DNA from: Bdellovibrio sp. | GTDB lineage: Bacteria; Bdellovibrionota; Bdellovibrionia; Bdellovibrionales; Bdellovibrionaceae | Length of the DNA: 64,000 bases | Assembly: GCA_036676395.1 (NCBI GenBank) | Contig: JAKFCY010000003.1 | Span: 384,001 to 448,000 of the forward strand | Direction of reading: 5' to 3' | Shown: piece after piece, positions 42,772 through 52,667 of the stretch | Numbering within the stretch: the first letter of the stretch is position 1 | Layout: each line of letters starts with the position of its first letter | Notes under the pieces: model-generated | Seen by the model: the letters and a program-made list of their open reading frames with translations, nothing else | Told to the model about the DNA's origin: nothing | Databases searched by the model: none | Translations under genes and position numbers: made by a program

Positions 42772-44114
42772 ATTTTCGCGTCTTTAAATAAAACCTTTAG
42801 TGCGGCTAAACAGTGACGATCAACGCGGCGATCGTAAATTTTTTCCATATGGGCGATAACGATCAAAGCGGATTTTCCGGGACCATTAGAGCCAGCTAAA
42901 GCATTTTCGATAAAGATATTCGCACATTGTAAAATTTTTGACATCGGATGCAAAGCCAATTTTTCTTTTCTTAAAGGATATCCTAAACCTTCTAAATCTT
43001 CATGATGTTCAGAGACCATTTGAACCACATCCGAAGAAACATTAGGCAATGCATTTAAAATTTCTTGCCCACGCATAGCATGGCTTTCAATCATTTGTCG
43101 CTCTTCTCTAGACACCAGATGGCGGGGTTTATCTAAAATTTCGCGATCGATTTCTTTTTTTCCAATATCATGAAATAGGCCAGCCATAGTTATTTTTGCC
43201 AGCGCGGCGTTAGATTCAAAACCCAATTGTTTGGCAATCATGACTGAATACATGGCTACCCCTAAGGAGTGAGCATAAACGTGATCAGAATGTGAATTTA
43301 GTAAATTCAATAAATCAAAGCTTTCCGGCGATTCGGTAATGGCATCTAAAGTGATTTCGGTAAAAGTTTTAGCCTCTTGCAAGCTACTTTTATCAAGACC
43401 ATCAACAAATGTTCTTTCTAATAAAATTTCGCCGGTGTATTTCAAAAAATTTAATTTTTTCTGGATTGAAATATCAGAGCGGTTTTTAATAATATTTGCC
43501 AAGCCTAAATTAAATTGAACCAGCTTGCTGAAATCTTCTTTACGAATAAAAAGATGTTTTACGCCTTTTTCTTTGTAATGACTTACCTTTTCTTTGGGGA
43601 TTTCTTCACCCTGATGAGCAATTTTAATATATTTGGTTTCTGATAGCTTAATGTAAACATCAAAATCAATTTTTGGTTTTGCGACAAACTCTTCAATTGA
43701 AACTTTACAGAATTCTTTAGCGATTTCTTCCACGGCAAATTGTTTGGGTTCTGGTATAATTCCTAAAACCGAATCAACAAGAGTCAACAACTCCTGGTTT
43801 TTAAAAGGTTTAGCAATAAAACCTTTAGCCCCTAAATCAAATGCAGATTTAGTTTCAAGCACCATAGAAAAACCGGTCATAATAATGAATGGAACTTCAG
43901 GCTTATACTGTCGCGCCCACTCTAAGAGCTCTAAACCGGTCAATCCCGGCATCTGAATGTCGGTCAGAACCACGTCAACAGTTTGCATAGAAAGGATTTC
44001 TTTTGCAGATTTACCATTGGGTGATTCTAAAACAGTAAATTTTTTCTTTAATAAATCGCGCAGGGCCTCGCGAAAAAAATTATCATCTTCAACAATCAAA
44101 ATCTTTTTTAACAT
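42768..44114 (-). CDS. Response regulator with HD-GYP domain (putative c-di-GMP phosphodiesterase)
   Basis: ILIVEDD...DIQMP...KPF receiver; HS..VA, FHDIGK, HHE..EGLGYP. Confidence 0.9.
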   Translation of the reverse strand: MLKKILIVEDDNFFREALRDLLKKKFTVLESPNGKSAKEILSMQTVDVVLTDIQMPGLTGLELLEWARQYKPEVPFIIMTGFSMVLETKSAFDLGAKGFIAKPFKNQELLTLVDSVLGIIPEPKQFAVEEIAKEFCKVSIEEFVAKPKIDFDVYIKLSETKYIKIAHQGEEIPKEKVSHYKEKGVKHLFIRKEDFSKLVQFNLGLANIIKNRSDISIQKKLNFLKYTGEILLERTFVDGLDKSSLQEAKTFTEITLDAITESPESFDLLNLLNSHSDHVYAHSLGVAMYSVMIAKQLGFESNAALAKITMAGLFHDIGKKEIDREILDKPRHLVSREERQMIESHAMRGQEILNALPNVSSDVVQMVSEHHEDLEGLGYPLRKEKLALHPMSKILQCANIFIENALAGSNGPGKSALIVIAHMEKIYDRRVDRHCLAALKVLFKDAKI

Positions 44115-44245
44115 ACAACAACCTCTGAATAAGTATTCTCTAATTAAAAGCGATTCGCTAGGCCTGTTGCATAGCGCTCTCGACTTAGAGAGTGTTTTAA
44201 ATTCAGAAGTATCGAACAAGTGTGTTTTTATTTATACTTTCAAGT

Positions 44246-45217
44246 ATGAAAAAACATTTAATTTTCTTGGTTTTTTGCATTTCTCAAGGCCTATATGCAG
44301 AAAATTTTAAAGATGAACCGATAAAACCAATCCGCGCCCCATTTGCGCAAGTTTCAGAGGAGAAAATTAGATTGGGCCTCGAATTATTTCAGGAAAAAAA
44401 GCTCTCAGCAGACAACACTATTTCTTGCGCCAGTTGCCATAATCTATTTCGTGGCGGTGTTGATAACCTGAATCGCTCGATTGGTATTAATGGCGCAATC
44501 GGTGACGTTAATTCTCCGACAGTTTTTAACAGCGGCTTAAATTTTGTTCAGTTTTGGGATGGTCGTGCTACAACTCTGGAAGACCAGATGGATGGCCCGA
44601 TTCAACATCCGAAAGAAATGGGTACGACATGGGCGCAAGTTGTAGAAAAAATTAAGCAAGACACTAAATACAAAGCCCGTTTTTCTGCGCAATACCGTGA
44701 TGGTGTTACAGAAAAAAACATCAAAGATGCGATTGCCAGTTTCGAACGAGCATTAATAACTCCAAACTCTAAGTTTGATAAGTATCTGGCTGGCGATGCC
44801 AAAGCGTTAACAGCAAAAGAAATTCTTGGATACAGCCGCTTTAAATCTTTGGGGTGTATCGCCTGCCATCAAGGGCAAAATATTGGAGGCAACATGTTTC
44901 AAACTATGGGAATCATGGGAGACTACTTCAAAAACCGCAAAAATATACCGGTTAATGAACATGACCTTGGGCGTTTTAATGTTACGAAGCGTGAACAGGA
45001 TAAATACGTTTTTCGCGTACCAAGTCTTAGAAACGTCGAACTGACATCGCCGTATTTTCATGATGGTTATGCTAAAACACTTAATGAGGCTGTGTTAATT
45101 ATGGGTCGTTATCAATTAGGACAAACACTTTCAAAAGAAGATGTGGATGCGATCGTGGCTTTTTTAAAAACCTTAACCGGAGAATCGCCGGCCATATTAA
45201 AGGAAACCAGTAAATGA
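44246..45217 (+). CDS. Di-heme cytochrome c peroxidase family protein
   Basis: CASCH and CIACH heme sites, NSPTVFN, QFWDGRA, FRVPSLRN, PYFHDG. Confidence 0.93.
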   Translation: MKKHLIFLVFCISQGLYAENFKDEPIKPIRAPFAQVSEEKIRLGLELFQEKKLSADNTISCASCHNLFRGGVDNLNRSIGINGAIGDVNSPTVFNSGLNFVQFWDGRATTLEDQMDGPIQHPKEMGTTWAQVVEKIKQDTKYKARFSAQYRDGVTEKNIKDAIASFERALITPNSKFDKYLAGDAKALTAKEILGYSRFKSLGCIACHQGQNIGGNMFQTMGIMGDYFKNRKNIPVNEHDLGRFNVTKREQDKYVFRVPSLRNVELTSPYFHDGYAKTLNEAVLIMGRYQLGQTLSKEDVDAIVAFLKTLTGESPAILKETSK

Positions 45218-46836
45218 AAAGATACTTAGCACTTTTCATGAGTAGTCTATTAAGTCTTGCGGGTCTGGGCTATGTTTACTTTCATTCGCGAGGCACTCTC
45301 GGGCAGAACCACCAGGAAATTGTCGATCTTTTAAATGCAACAAAGCAAAGTGAAGTTGAAATTAATCAAGACATCTTGCGCATTCAAAATTTTATGCTTC
45401 AAGATTATGACTCTATTGCCAAAGAAAAAGAGAACTTAGAAGAATTCTGTGCGCCCGGCAATGCAATAGCCAACGCGCATCCGATAGAGGGATCAAATTT
45501 TCAAATGTATTTTAAAGAGTATTGTCAGGCTGTAAATGCTAAGATTCTGGCAATTGAAGATTTTAAGTCAATTAATTCAGTTTATAGAAATTCGCTGCTT
45601 TTTTTACACGGGCAAGCGATTCAATGGCAAAGCCAGAATCTTTTTATTCAGTTACCAGATGCCGAAAAATTTAGAAGACAACTAACTTATATTGCTTTGA
45701 CCTATAGTTTACTTTCGGATGAAAACACCAAAGCGTTGGCCACATCGCGCAAAGACTATTTTTTATCGCGAAATTTTTCGCAAAACATTATTTCAGATCA
45801 TGCTATCAAGCTGATCGATATTAAACCACGCCGCGATCGCGCAACACAGGAAATCGTTGAAGCGCCAACGCGCCAGATTTTTGAAAAATTAAGCTATTCT
45901 TATTTCGAAGAGTTTCAAAAAGAGCAAAAACAAATTTTATTTTTTCAAAATTTATTATTGGCACTTTGTTTAACGTTGATTGTTTTTGTTATTTTCAATG
46001 TGATCAAGATTTGGCAAGTGGCCCGAGCACTACATCATGCAAATACACATTTAGAAGAGCGCGTCCGCGCCCGCACAGAAGAGCTATTAGTTTCGCAACA
46101 AACAATTGTTGAACAGCAGCAAACGTTAGCGTTAACGGCAAAAATGTCGGCCTTGGGTGAAATGGCCGGTGGCGTAGCGCATGAAATCAATACACCATTA
46201 GCCGTTATTCAAATGCGAACTGAGCAAGTGCTGGAAAACTTAGAAGAAGACGAGCTGGATAAAGAATTATTAGCAAATGCACTGCGCGCTATCGATGATA
46301 CGGTAAAAAGGATTGCTAAAATTATCAATGGCTTACGTTCTTTTGCCCGCGATGGGCGCAAAGATCCCATTAGCTTATATTCAGTTTCAAAAATAGTTGA
46401 TGAAACATTTAGTCTATGTCGTGAACGCTTTAATAATCATGGTGTTCAGCTAGAATATATTCATAAGCAAGATGTAGAAATTCTATGTCGTTCGGTAGAA
46501 ATCTCGCAAGTGCTGTTGAACTTATTGAATAACTCTTATGACGCTATTCAAGGTTTTTCAGACAAATGGGTTAAGGTTGAACTTGTTGAGCAAGCAGATG
46601 TGATTCTTCTTAGTGTCAGCGACTGTGGTCATGGCATACCTAAAGAAATCCGAGATAAAATGATGCAGCCGTTTTTCACGACAAAAGAAATCGGCAAAGG
46701 CACCGGCCTTGGGCTTAGCATATCGCGTGGAATTATTGAAAGCCACGGCGGAAGTATTCAGATTAACGGCAATTCTGCCAATACCGAAATAATCATTACA
46801 TTACCTCGGCGTGCAGCTTCGGATCATGTCGCCTGA
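45214..46836 (+). CDS. Sensor histidine kinase with periplasmic DAHL-like domain
   Basis: Two TMs; DILRIQN..QDYD and EDFKSINSVYRNSL; H-box AHEINTPL, N, G1, F and G2 boxes; ATG overlaps the peroxidase stop. Confidence 0.9.
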   Translation: MKRYLALFMSSLLSLAGLGYVYFHSRGTLGQNHQEIVDLLNATKQSEVEINQDILRIQNFMLQDYDSIAKEKENLEEFCAPGNAIANAHPIEGSNFQMYFKEYCQAVNAKILAIEDFKSINSVYRNSLLFLHGQAIQWQSQNLFIQLPDAEKFRRQLTYIALTYSLLSDENTKALATSRKDYFLSRNFSQNIISDHAIKLIDIKPRRDRATQEIVEAPTRQIFEKLSYSYFEEFQKEQKQILFFQNLLLALCLTLIVFVIFNVIKIWQVARALHHANTHLEERVRARTEELLVSQQTIVEQQQTLALTAKMSALGEMAGGVAHEINTPLAVIQMRTEQVLENLEEDELDKELLANALRAIDDTVKRIAKIINGLRSFARDGRKDPISLYSVSKIVDETFSLCRERFNNHGVQLEYIHKQDVEILCRSVEISQVLLNLLNNSYDAIQGFSDKWVKVELVEQADVILLSVSDCGHGIPKEIRDKMMQPFFTTKEIGKGTGLGLSISRGIIESHGGSIQINGNSANTEIIITLPRRAASDHVA

Positions 46837-47222
46837 AGTAGCAGTTCGCACGAACTTTCAAGAAGCCCTAACATTTTTTGTCTGTTAATAGGCTTCTCAA
46901 TAAGCGCATGAGCACCCATGTTCAAAGCTTCGAGTTCACTAAGGTCGGCAAACCCCGTTGCAAGCACGACTATGGGCACATTAGGCTTTATTTTTTTGAT
47001 CTCTTTAAGCATATCTACTCCGTTGCCATTGGGCATACGTACATCTGATATAACAATCTCTATTGGATTTGCTTTTACGATTTCAACCGCATCAGAACCA
47101 CACGCAGCTTCGAAGATTATACATCCACGTCGTTTAAGGTCAAAAATCATGGCTTGTCTTAGGTCAAAATCATCGTCTACAACGAGGACGTTTCTTCCCT
47201 TGAGGGGAGATTCTGGCTTCAA
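46824..47222 (-). CDS. Single-domain response regulator
   Basis: VLVVDDD, SDVRMP, TG, EKP. Confidence 0.9.
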   Translation of the reverse strand: MKPESPLKGRNVLVVDDDFDLRQAMIFDLKRRGCIIFEAACGSDAVEIVKANPIEIVISDVRMPNGNGVDMLKEIKKIKPNVPIVVLATGFADLSELEALNMGAHALIEKPINRQKMLGLLESSCELLLQAT

Positions 47223-47331
47223 TAGGCAACTCCTTGTGTTGAAAAATCCTCGTATTTCTTCCTCTAACTGATCGGTATTTTTCTTCAGAAACTCAAGGTA
47301 TTTAGTTTAGATATATAGCCAGGTTTGTTGT

Positions 47332-47364
47332 AAAAAAAAACCCTCGGATTGCTCCAAGGGTTTT
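47332..47364 (-). terminator. Terminator after tRNA-Asn
   Basis: AAAACCCT.GGA...TCC.AGGGTTTT with an A9 run on the + strand. Confidence 0.7.
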
Positions 47365-47388
47365 AAGATTGTTCGAACCAAAATAAAA

Positions 47389-47464
47389 TGGCTCAGAAGG
47401 CAGGACTCGAACCTGCGACCAAGCGGTTAACAGCCGCTTGCTCTACCAACTGAGCTACTTCTGA
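47389..47464 (-). tRNA. tRNA-Asn(GTT)
   Basis: TCAGAAGTAGCTCAGTTGGTAGAGC-AAGCGGCTGTTAACCGCTT-GGTCGCAGGTTCGAGTCCTGC-CTTCTGAGCCA. Confidence 0.97.
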
Positions 47465-47489
47465 ACAACTGGCAATCAAACTAACGAAT

Positions 47490-47924
47490 TCAGTGGCCTT
47501 CGTCAAGAAGCTCTCGACTCAATTTTTTCGATTTAAAGGGAAGCCCCGCGGCTCTGAACACTTTCAAGGCTTTGTCCCACTCTAACTTCACTAAAGAGGC
47601 TTGCGAATCTGTCGCAAAGGCTAAATCGCGCCAGTTTGCGTTGTTCATTTCAGCCTCTGATAACGGTTCAAGATCCACCTTACAGAACTTTTTACGAAGA
47701 GCATGGTCAGTCCATTTTTTATATTTAGCTTTAAGCTTGGCTTCTTGCCACTTCACGGTGCCCGTATTTTCAGAACACCATTGAAACGAGGCCACAGATT
47801 TTGTGATTTCAGCCATATCGGGCTGATGATTTGAATTCACATTTGTCAGATAGCCCTTAAAAAGAAAAATGCTTACAAGACCGACAGCTAGAATACCAAT
47901 TTTAAAGATAAGTTTTTTGCTCAC
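47490..47924 (-). CDS. Hypothetical membrane-anchored protein
   Basis: N-terminal TM, two Cys, FRAAGLPFKS C-terminus. Confidence 0.7.
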   Translation of the reverse strand: MSKKLIFKIGILAVGLVSIFLFKGYLTNVNSNHQPDMAEITKSVASFQWCSENTGTVKWQEAKLKAKYKKWTDHALRKKFCKVDLEPLSEAEMNNANWRDLAFATDSQASLVKLEWDKALKVFRAAGLPFKSKKLSRELLDEGH

Positions 47925-48079
47925 TCATTTAGTCTAGGTAAATTTTAAGAGTATAGGAAGTGGTAAGTTTTGACCTTGGGTCGCATTGTCTGGTGCAGAA
48001 TGAATACCGGCGAATTCGTGATGTAATTCGGGTCTATGTTCTAAATAATTCCAAATTTGATTATTAAAAAGGCAGAAAA

Positions 48080-48156
48080 TGGTGCGGACGGGAGGATTCG
48101 AACCTCCGACCACTTGATTCGTAGTCAAGTACTCTATCCAGCTGAGCTACGACCGC
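48080..48156 (-). tRNA. tRNA-Arg(ACG)
   Basis: GCGGTCGTAGCTCAGCTGGATAGAGTA-CTTGACTACGAATCAAG-TGGTCGGAGGTTCGAATCCTCC-CGTCCGCACCA. Confidence 0.97.
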
Positions 48157-48306
48157 ACGTCGTAAATTAAGCAATGTTAATTGTGAATTAAGGTTCTACC
48201 GATTTATTAGTCCAAAATCAAGTGTAAGTATGGGTCATTCCTTGATTCTGTAAAAACGCTATGGCATTTTCTATTCTATATTATTTCAGCATAAAAACTA
48301 GCGCGC

Positions 48307-48399
48307 GGAGTGGTGGGTGAGTGGCTGAAACCAAGTCTTTGCTAAAGACTCGTACTTGCAAAACAGGTACCGTGGGTTCAAATCCCACCCACTCCGCCA
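48307..48399 (+). tRNA. tRNA-Ser(GCT)
   Basis: GGAGTGG acceptor stem, AGTCT-TTGCTAA-AGACT anticodon arm, long variable arm, GTTCAAATC, GCCA end. Confidence 0.96.
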
Positions 48400-48414
48400 A
48401 TTTCTTAAAATCTT

Positions 48415-48993
48415 ATGCAACCAAAACTCATTTTACTTAACGGAACTTCGAGCGCAGGCAAAAGCAGCATCGTCAAATGCTTGCAAGAAAAACTGCAAAA
48501 GCCGTATTTAGATATGGGTTTAGATAAGTTTCTCTATATGCTTCCGGGTCAATACATGAAACAGCCTTTATGGAAGGATGTGTGGGATCACACCAGTGCC
48601 GGTGAACTTGGAAATCGTTTGATGAGTGGCATGCATCACTCGATGCGAGCAATGATCGATCGTGGAAATTTAGTTTTAGCAGATCATGTGTTGATTGAAA
48701 AAAATTGGGTTTCTGAACTTGCAGAGCTTTTTCATGATCAATCAGCATACTTCATTGGTATTCACTGCCCATTAGATGTTATTGAAAAAAGAGAAATTGA
48801 TCGCAAGGATCGAACGTTAGGATCAGCACGCTTACAATTTCCAGTCGTTCATCAATGGTGTGAATATGACTTGTCGATTGATTCTTCGATAACAACACCA
48901 GAACAATCAGCCGACATGATCATTGAATTCTTGGCCAGTGAAAAGCCTCCCACTGGTTTCACAAGGACATTAGAGAAATGCTTCGAATCGTAA
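48415..48993 (+). CDS. Chloramphenicol phosphotransferase-like kinase
   Basis: LILLNGTSSAGKSS P-loop, REIDRKDR..G.A..Q, YDLSIDSS. Confidence 0.85.
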   Translation: MQPKLILLNGTSSAGKSSIVKCLQEKLQKPYLDMGLDKFLYMLPGQYMKQPLWKDVWDHTSAGELGNRLMSGMHHSMRAMIDRGNLVLADHVLIEKNWVSELAELFHDQSAYFIGIHCPLDVIEKREIDRKDRTLGSARLQFPVVHQWCEYDLSIDSSITTPEQSADMIIEFLASEKPPTGFTRTLEKCFES

Positions 48994-49010
48994 AATCTAG
49001 CGTGCTATAG

Positions 49011-49352
49011 TTACTTCGTATCACAATCCCAGTGCTCTACTATCTTCCCGTCGACTACTTTGAACATGTCAAACCAAGTCGTCGTGTATTCCGCTCCTGT
49101 AGCGTCTTTAAGTTTATTCACAAAAGCCATCGTCACTAAATCGCCTTCTGCTGAAATAGACACAAGCCCTTTTACTGTGTCAGGAATCGGGCGTGGGCCG
49201 CCAAGCTTTGAAAAGAAATCGATAAAGCCCTGTAAGCCTGTTTCAACATTTGGATTATGTTGAATGTAGTCGGTTGTTAAAAACTCTGCGGCTTGTTCAA
49301 GGCGTCTGCCCGATAAAATAATTCTTAATATCAATCTTATGATTAGTGACAT
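49011..49352 (-). pseudogene. SnoaL/NTF2-like protein, probably 5'-truncated
   Basis: DYIQHNP, AEGDLV, WFDMF...GKIVEHWD; no SD, no typical N-terminal helix, and the start abuts the divergent GGDEF gene. Confidence 0.55.
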
Positions 49353-49387
49353 TTATGATGTCGCATATCATTTTGAGACAGTTCAAG

Positions 49388-51262
49388 ATGAGGCCCTCTG
49401 TTACCGAAAAGCAGACTATGCCATTTGGTCTTTTGCTAGTCTTTATTATATTGGGGAGTTTTTCTTCTGCCTTAGCTTCTCAGCTAACAGGGCTAGAGAT
49501 TTTAGAAAAAGCCCAAGAAGCTGCCGGTGATAATCCAAAAGCCAGTCTTGATTTGCTGGCGACAATCGATCAAAAAATTCCGGCTTCTGATTCAGAGATT
49601 CATTTACGTAAGAACATTCTTAAGTGTGAGCTTTTGGTTGATAATGATGATCCGCGCGAGGCTTTGAAAATTAGTGAAACTGATTTTTTGCCGACAAATG
49701 CGAAAGCCGAGCTGGGTTTAAAAATGCGTCTTTGCAAGAGTTCGGCTCTGCAAGGGGTCGGAGAATCAGTTAAGGCTGAAACCGAGCTTGTAACGATTCT
49801 TGCGACTAGTCGCGAGCAGGGCTTTCGCGAAGTCGAAGGCCTTGCGCATCTGAACCTTGGACAAATGTTGTCTTTTGCAAATCAGTTTTCTTCAAGTCTT
49901 GATCACTTGGTGACAGCGAAAAGTATCTTTTCTTCTTTGCAGTTAGTTCATAAAGAAAGAATCACACTAAACTCGATTGCTGTTCTTTACGGACGCATGG
50001 GAGAAAATGAAAAAGCGATTACTTATTTTCAAGAGGTCTTAGCGCTGAATAAAAGTTTAGGTAAAAAAAGAAATATCGCTGTTGTGCTTTATAATATTGG
50101 CCGTCGTTACGAAGACCTTAAACAATATGATAAAGCCCTTAATCATTTCAATGAAGCCTTAAAAATTCATCGTGAAACTAAAAACGAAAAAAGCCAGGCC
50201 GTTATAGAAAGAGCTCTTGGTGGCCTATACAACACCATGGGTAAGCCAGAAAAAGCCTTGCCCCATCTTTTTAATGCCATAGGTACTCTTGAACGTAAGA
50301 ACATTTTAAAATCACAAGCTCAGCTGCATTTAGAATTCGGAAAAACCTATGCTTTAATGAAGCGCTCGAAAGATGCGCTGATCAGTTTAGAAAAAGCAGA
50401 AAAATTGAATAAACAAACAGTCTCGCAGCAGCTTTCTTCAGACATATCTGAAACGCGCAGTCGCGTTTACGAACAACTCAACCAGTGGAAGGATGCTTAT
50501 TATTCACTGGATGAATTTAAGAAAAGTTCTGACGGTTTATTAGCAATGAAAGCTGATGAGCAATTACGCCGAATGAATGCGCTTTTTGATTTAGAGAAAC
50601 AACAAGAAATAAATAAGGTGTTGATTGAAAAAAATCGTTTGCAAAAAAGAGAGCTGGATTTGCAGTTTGTAACGTTATCGTTAGCCTGCGTTTTGTTAAT
50701 TGTTATTGTGGTGTTTACGATCGGGCAGATCAAAGTAGCACGAAAGATGCGCGAGCTAGCCTTAACAGATGAGTTAACAAAGATTCCAAACCGTCGCCAT
50801 ATCATAGATTATGGAAAGCAAACATTAAGCACCTGTCAGCGTCATAAGAAGTCTTTGTCAGTGATAATATTTGATATAGATCATTTTAAAAAAGTTAACG
50901 ACACTTTGGGGCATGCAATTGGTGACGAGGTCATTAAAAAAGTGGCTTTTGTAAGTCGTAATTTATTACGTCAAGGCGACCTTGTTGGCCGCATTGGCGG
51001 AGAAGAATTTTTAGCAATTTTGCCATTTACCGGCGCTGCGCAAGCACAAGAAGTTGCAGAACGCATTCGCCAACAAATTCAAAAAATTGATTTTACCAGT
51101 GTAGCGCAAAACTTAAAGGTCACAGTCAGTGTTGGCGTAGCCACTCAAGAGCAACCCGAAAACACTGTCACTTTAGATCAATTAATTCATGATGCAGATG
51201 CGGCTCTGTATAGCGTTAAGCAAAACGGGCGCAATGGCGTAAGTTTACGTCTGGTTTCTTAG
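49388..51262 (+). CDS. TPR-repeat membrane diguanylate cyclase
   Basis: Signal/TM, periplasmic TPRs, TM, then TDELT..NRR, DIDHFKKVND..GH..GD, RQGD I-site, GGEEF; start may be 49418. Confidence 0.93.
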   Translation: MRPSVTEKQTMPFGLLLVFIILGSFSSALASQLTGLEILEKAQEAAGDNPKASLDLLATIDQKIPASDSEIHLRKNILKCELLVDNDDPREALKISETDFLPTNAKAELGLKMRLCKSSALQGVGESVKAETELVTILATSREQGFREVEGLAHLNLGQMLSFANQFSSSLDHLVTAKSIFSSLQLVHKERITLNSIAVLYGRMGENEKAITYFQEVLALNKSLGKKRNIAVVLYNIGRRYEDLKQYDKALNHFNEALKIHRETKNEKSQAVIERALGGLYNTMGKPEKALPHLFNAIGTLERKNILKSQAQLHLEFGKTYALMKRSKDALISLEKAEKLNKQTVSQQLSSDISETRSRVYEQLNQWKDAYYSLDEFKKSSDGLLAMKADEQLRRMNALFDLEKQQEINKVLIEKNRLQKRELDLQFVTLSLACVLLIVIVVFTIGQIKVARKMRELALTDELTKIPNRRHIIDYGKQTLSTCQRHKKSLSVIIFDIDHFKKVNDTLGHAIGDEVIKKVAFVSRNLLRQGDLVGRIGGEEFLAILPFTGAAQAQEVAERIRQQIQKIDFTSVAQNLKVTVSVGVATQEQPENTVTLDQLIHDADAALYSVKQNGRNGVSLRLVS

Positions 51263-51449
51263 GTTTTTTCTTACAAAAGTTTATTTGTTTTGAACAATTG
51301 CATTAGGCCTATTGTCTATTTTTTCTAAACAAAATCCTCAATTTTCTGGTTTTGCCAAATCGCAACACTTCACACTGATTTCGCAATACAAGTCCCGCTT
51401 CTTCAGCATTCGCGACGGGAAACAACAACCAGACAACGGAGGTCTATAC

Positions 51450-52601
51450 ATGAGGCTATTAACTGCCCTACTAACTTTTTTATCTTTGAATATTGCTTTT
51501 GCCCAAACTGCTCCAGTAAAGGGTCTGCGTTTTGATCCAGGATATGTTTATGATGATCCGGCATTAGCAGGTAAATCTATTCAGCAGATTGCGGCCATCG
51601 CAGCTCAGAACGTGAAGAATGCGGGCTTTAACACAATTTTTCTTTTTGCTTACTCTCCTTATTATGGTGCGTTTTATAAAACAACTTACAGCATGACAAA
51701 TGTTGAAGGTAGTTTAGGTGTTGGAAATTTCACAACCGCACTTATTACTGAAGCGCATGCACGCGGAATTAAAGTTATCGCGGATCTTCCGATGAATAAC
51801 TTCTATAAAGTTTGGTTAGCTAAACCAGAATGGCGTATGAAAAATAGAAGTGGTGGTAATTACCGTCCTTACAGTGATTTATATTTACTATCAATTTTTC
51901 ATCCAGAATTTAAAGCGTGGTACACAGGTTTTGTGAACGACTTCTTAGCAAAAAACCCGGGCATTGATGGCATCGAAGCGTTTGAACCACAATTAGATTT
52001 TAACTGGAATAACGGAGCTGATTACAATCCAGCCGCAAATGCTAAATTCAAATCTCTTTATCCAGCCGGAAAATTAGGTTCGGCGCAGTGGGAAGCCGTT
52101 CAATCAAATGAAGTGATTTCGTATCTAGGAAACTTTTTCGGCATAGCTAAAGCCAAAGGTAAAGAAGCCCACGTTGTTCAAACTTGGACAGCAAATTCAA
52201 ATGGCACATTGTTATCGGCGGCATATTTATCAAAAGCGATTGCGTTTAATTTCTTGGGTTTTAATGCATTGCCGGCGCACCAACGCCCGACTTATATTCA
52301 AGGTGAATTTATGTGGTCACAATGGAAAGCTGAATACGGAACCACCGTATTTAATCCAGACTGGATCAAGACAGCTGCAAATTCATTTTTATCGCAAATG
52401 GGAGCGTTAGCGCAGCCAGCAATTGTTCATACAGAACTTTCAGAATTTAGCGGCAGTGCAGGAACAGTCAGGCCAACAAGTTCTCAGTTCTTGCAAGAGT
52501 TAAAAACTCTTAGGTCGATGAATGTGAACTTTGACGTTTATGATTACGCCCAAGTCAGTGAATTAAATTTGTGGTCAGGTATCGCACAAGCCCTTCAATA
52601 G
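51450..52601 (+). CDS. Secreted TIM-barrel glycoside hydrolase-like protein (GHL10/PgaB-C-like)
   Basis: Signal peptide; AGFNTIFLFAY, EAHARGIKVIA, LSIFHPE, IDGI..FE; GGAGG SD. Confidence 0.7.
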   Translation: MRLLTALLTFLSLNIAFAQTAPVKGLRFDPGYVYDDPALAGKSIQQIAAIAAQNVKNAGFNTIFLFAYSPYYGAFYKTTYSMTNVEGSLGVGNFTTALITEAHARGIKVIADLPMNNFYKVWLAKPEWRMKNRSGGNYRPYSDLYLLSIFHPEFKAWYTGFVNDFLAKNPGIDGIEAFEPQLDFNWNNGADYNPAANAKFKSLYPAGKLGSAQWEAVQSNEVISYLGNFFGIAKAKGKEAHVVQTWTANSNGTLLSAAYLSKAIAFNFLGFNALPAHQRPTYIQGEFMWSQWKAEYGTTVFNPDWIKTAANSFLSQMGALAQPAIVHTELSEFSGSAGTVRPTSSQFLQELKTLRSMNVNFDVYDYAQVSELNLWSGIAQALQ

Positions 52602-52627
52602 TTTGTAATTAAAAATAGAAATTAATC

Positions 52628-52660
52628 AAAGGCGGGAAATAAATTTTTCCGCCTTTTTTA
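52628..52660. terminator. Bidirectional terminator
   Basis: AAAGGCGGGAAA-taaat-TTTTCCGCCTTTTTT. Confidence 0.75.
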
Positions 52661-52667
52661 TTTTAAA

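Noticed and set aside
47934..48128. 64-aa ORF MTTNQVVGGSNPPVRT...
   Set aside because: It is a translation of the tRNA-Arg sequence.
48415..48993. Calling this a true chloramphenicol resistance gene
   Set aside because: CPT-like P-loop kinases are widespread and the substrate cannot be inferred from sequence.
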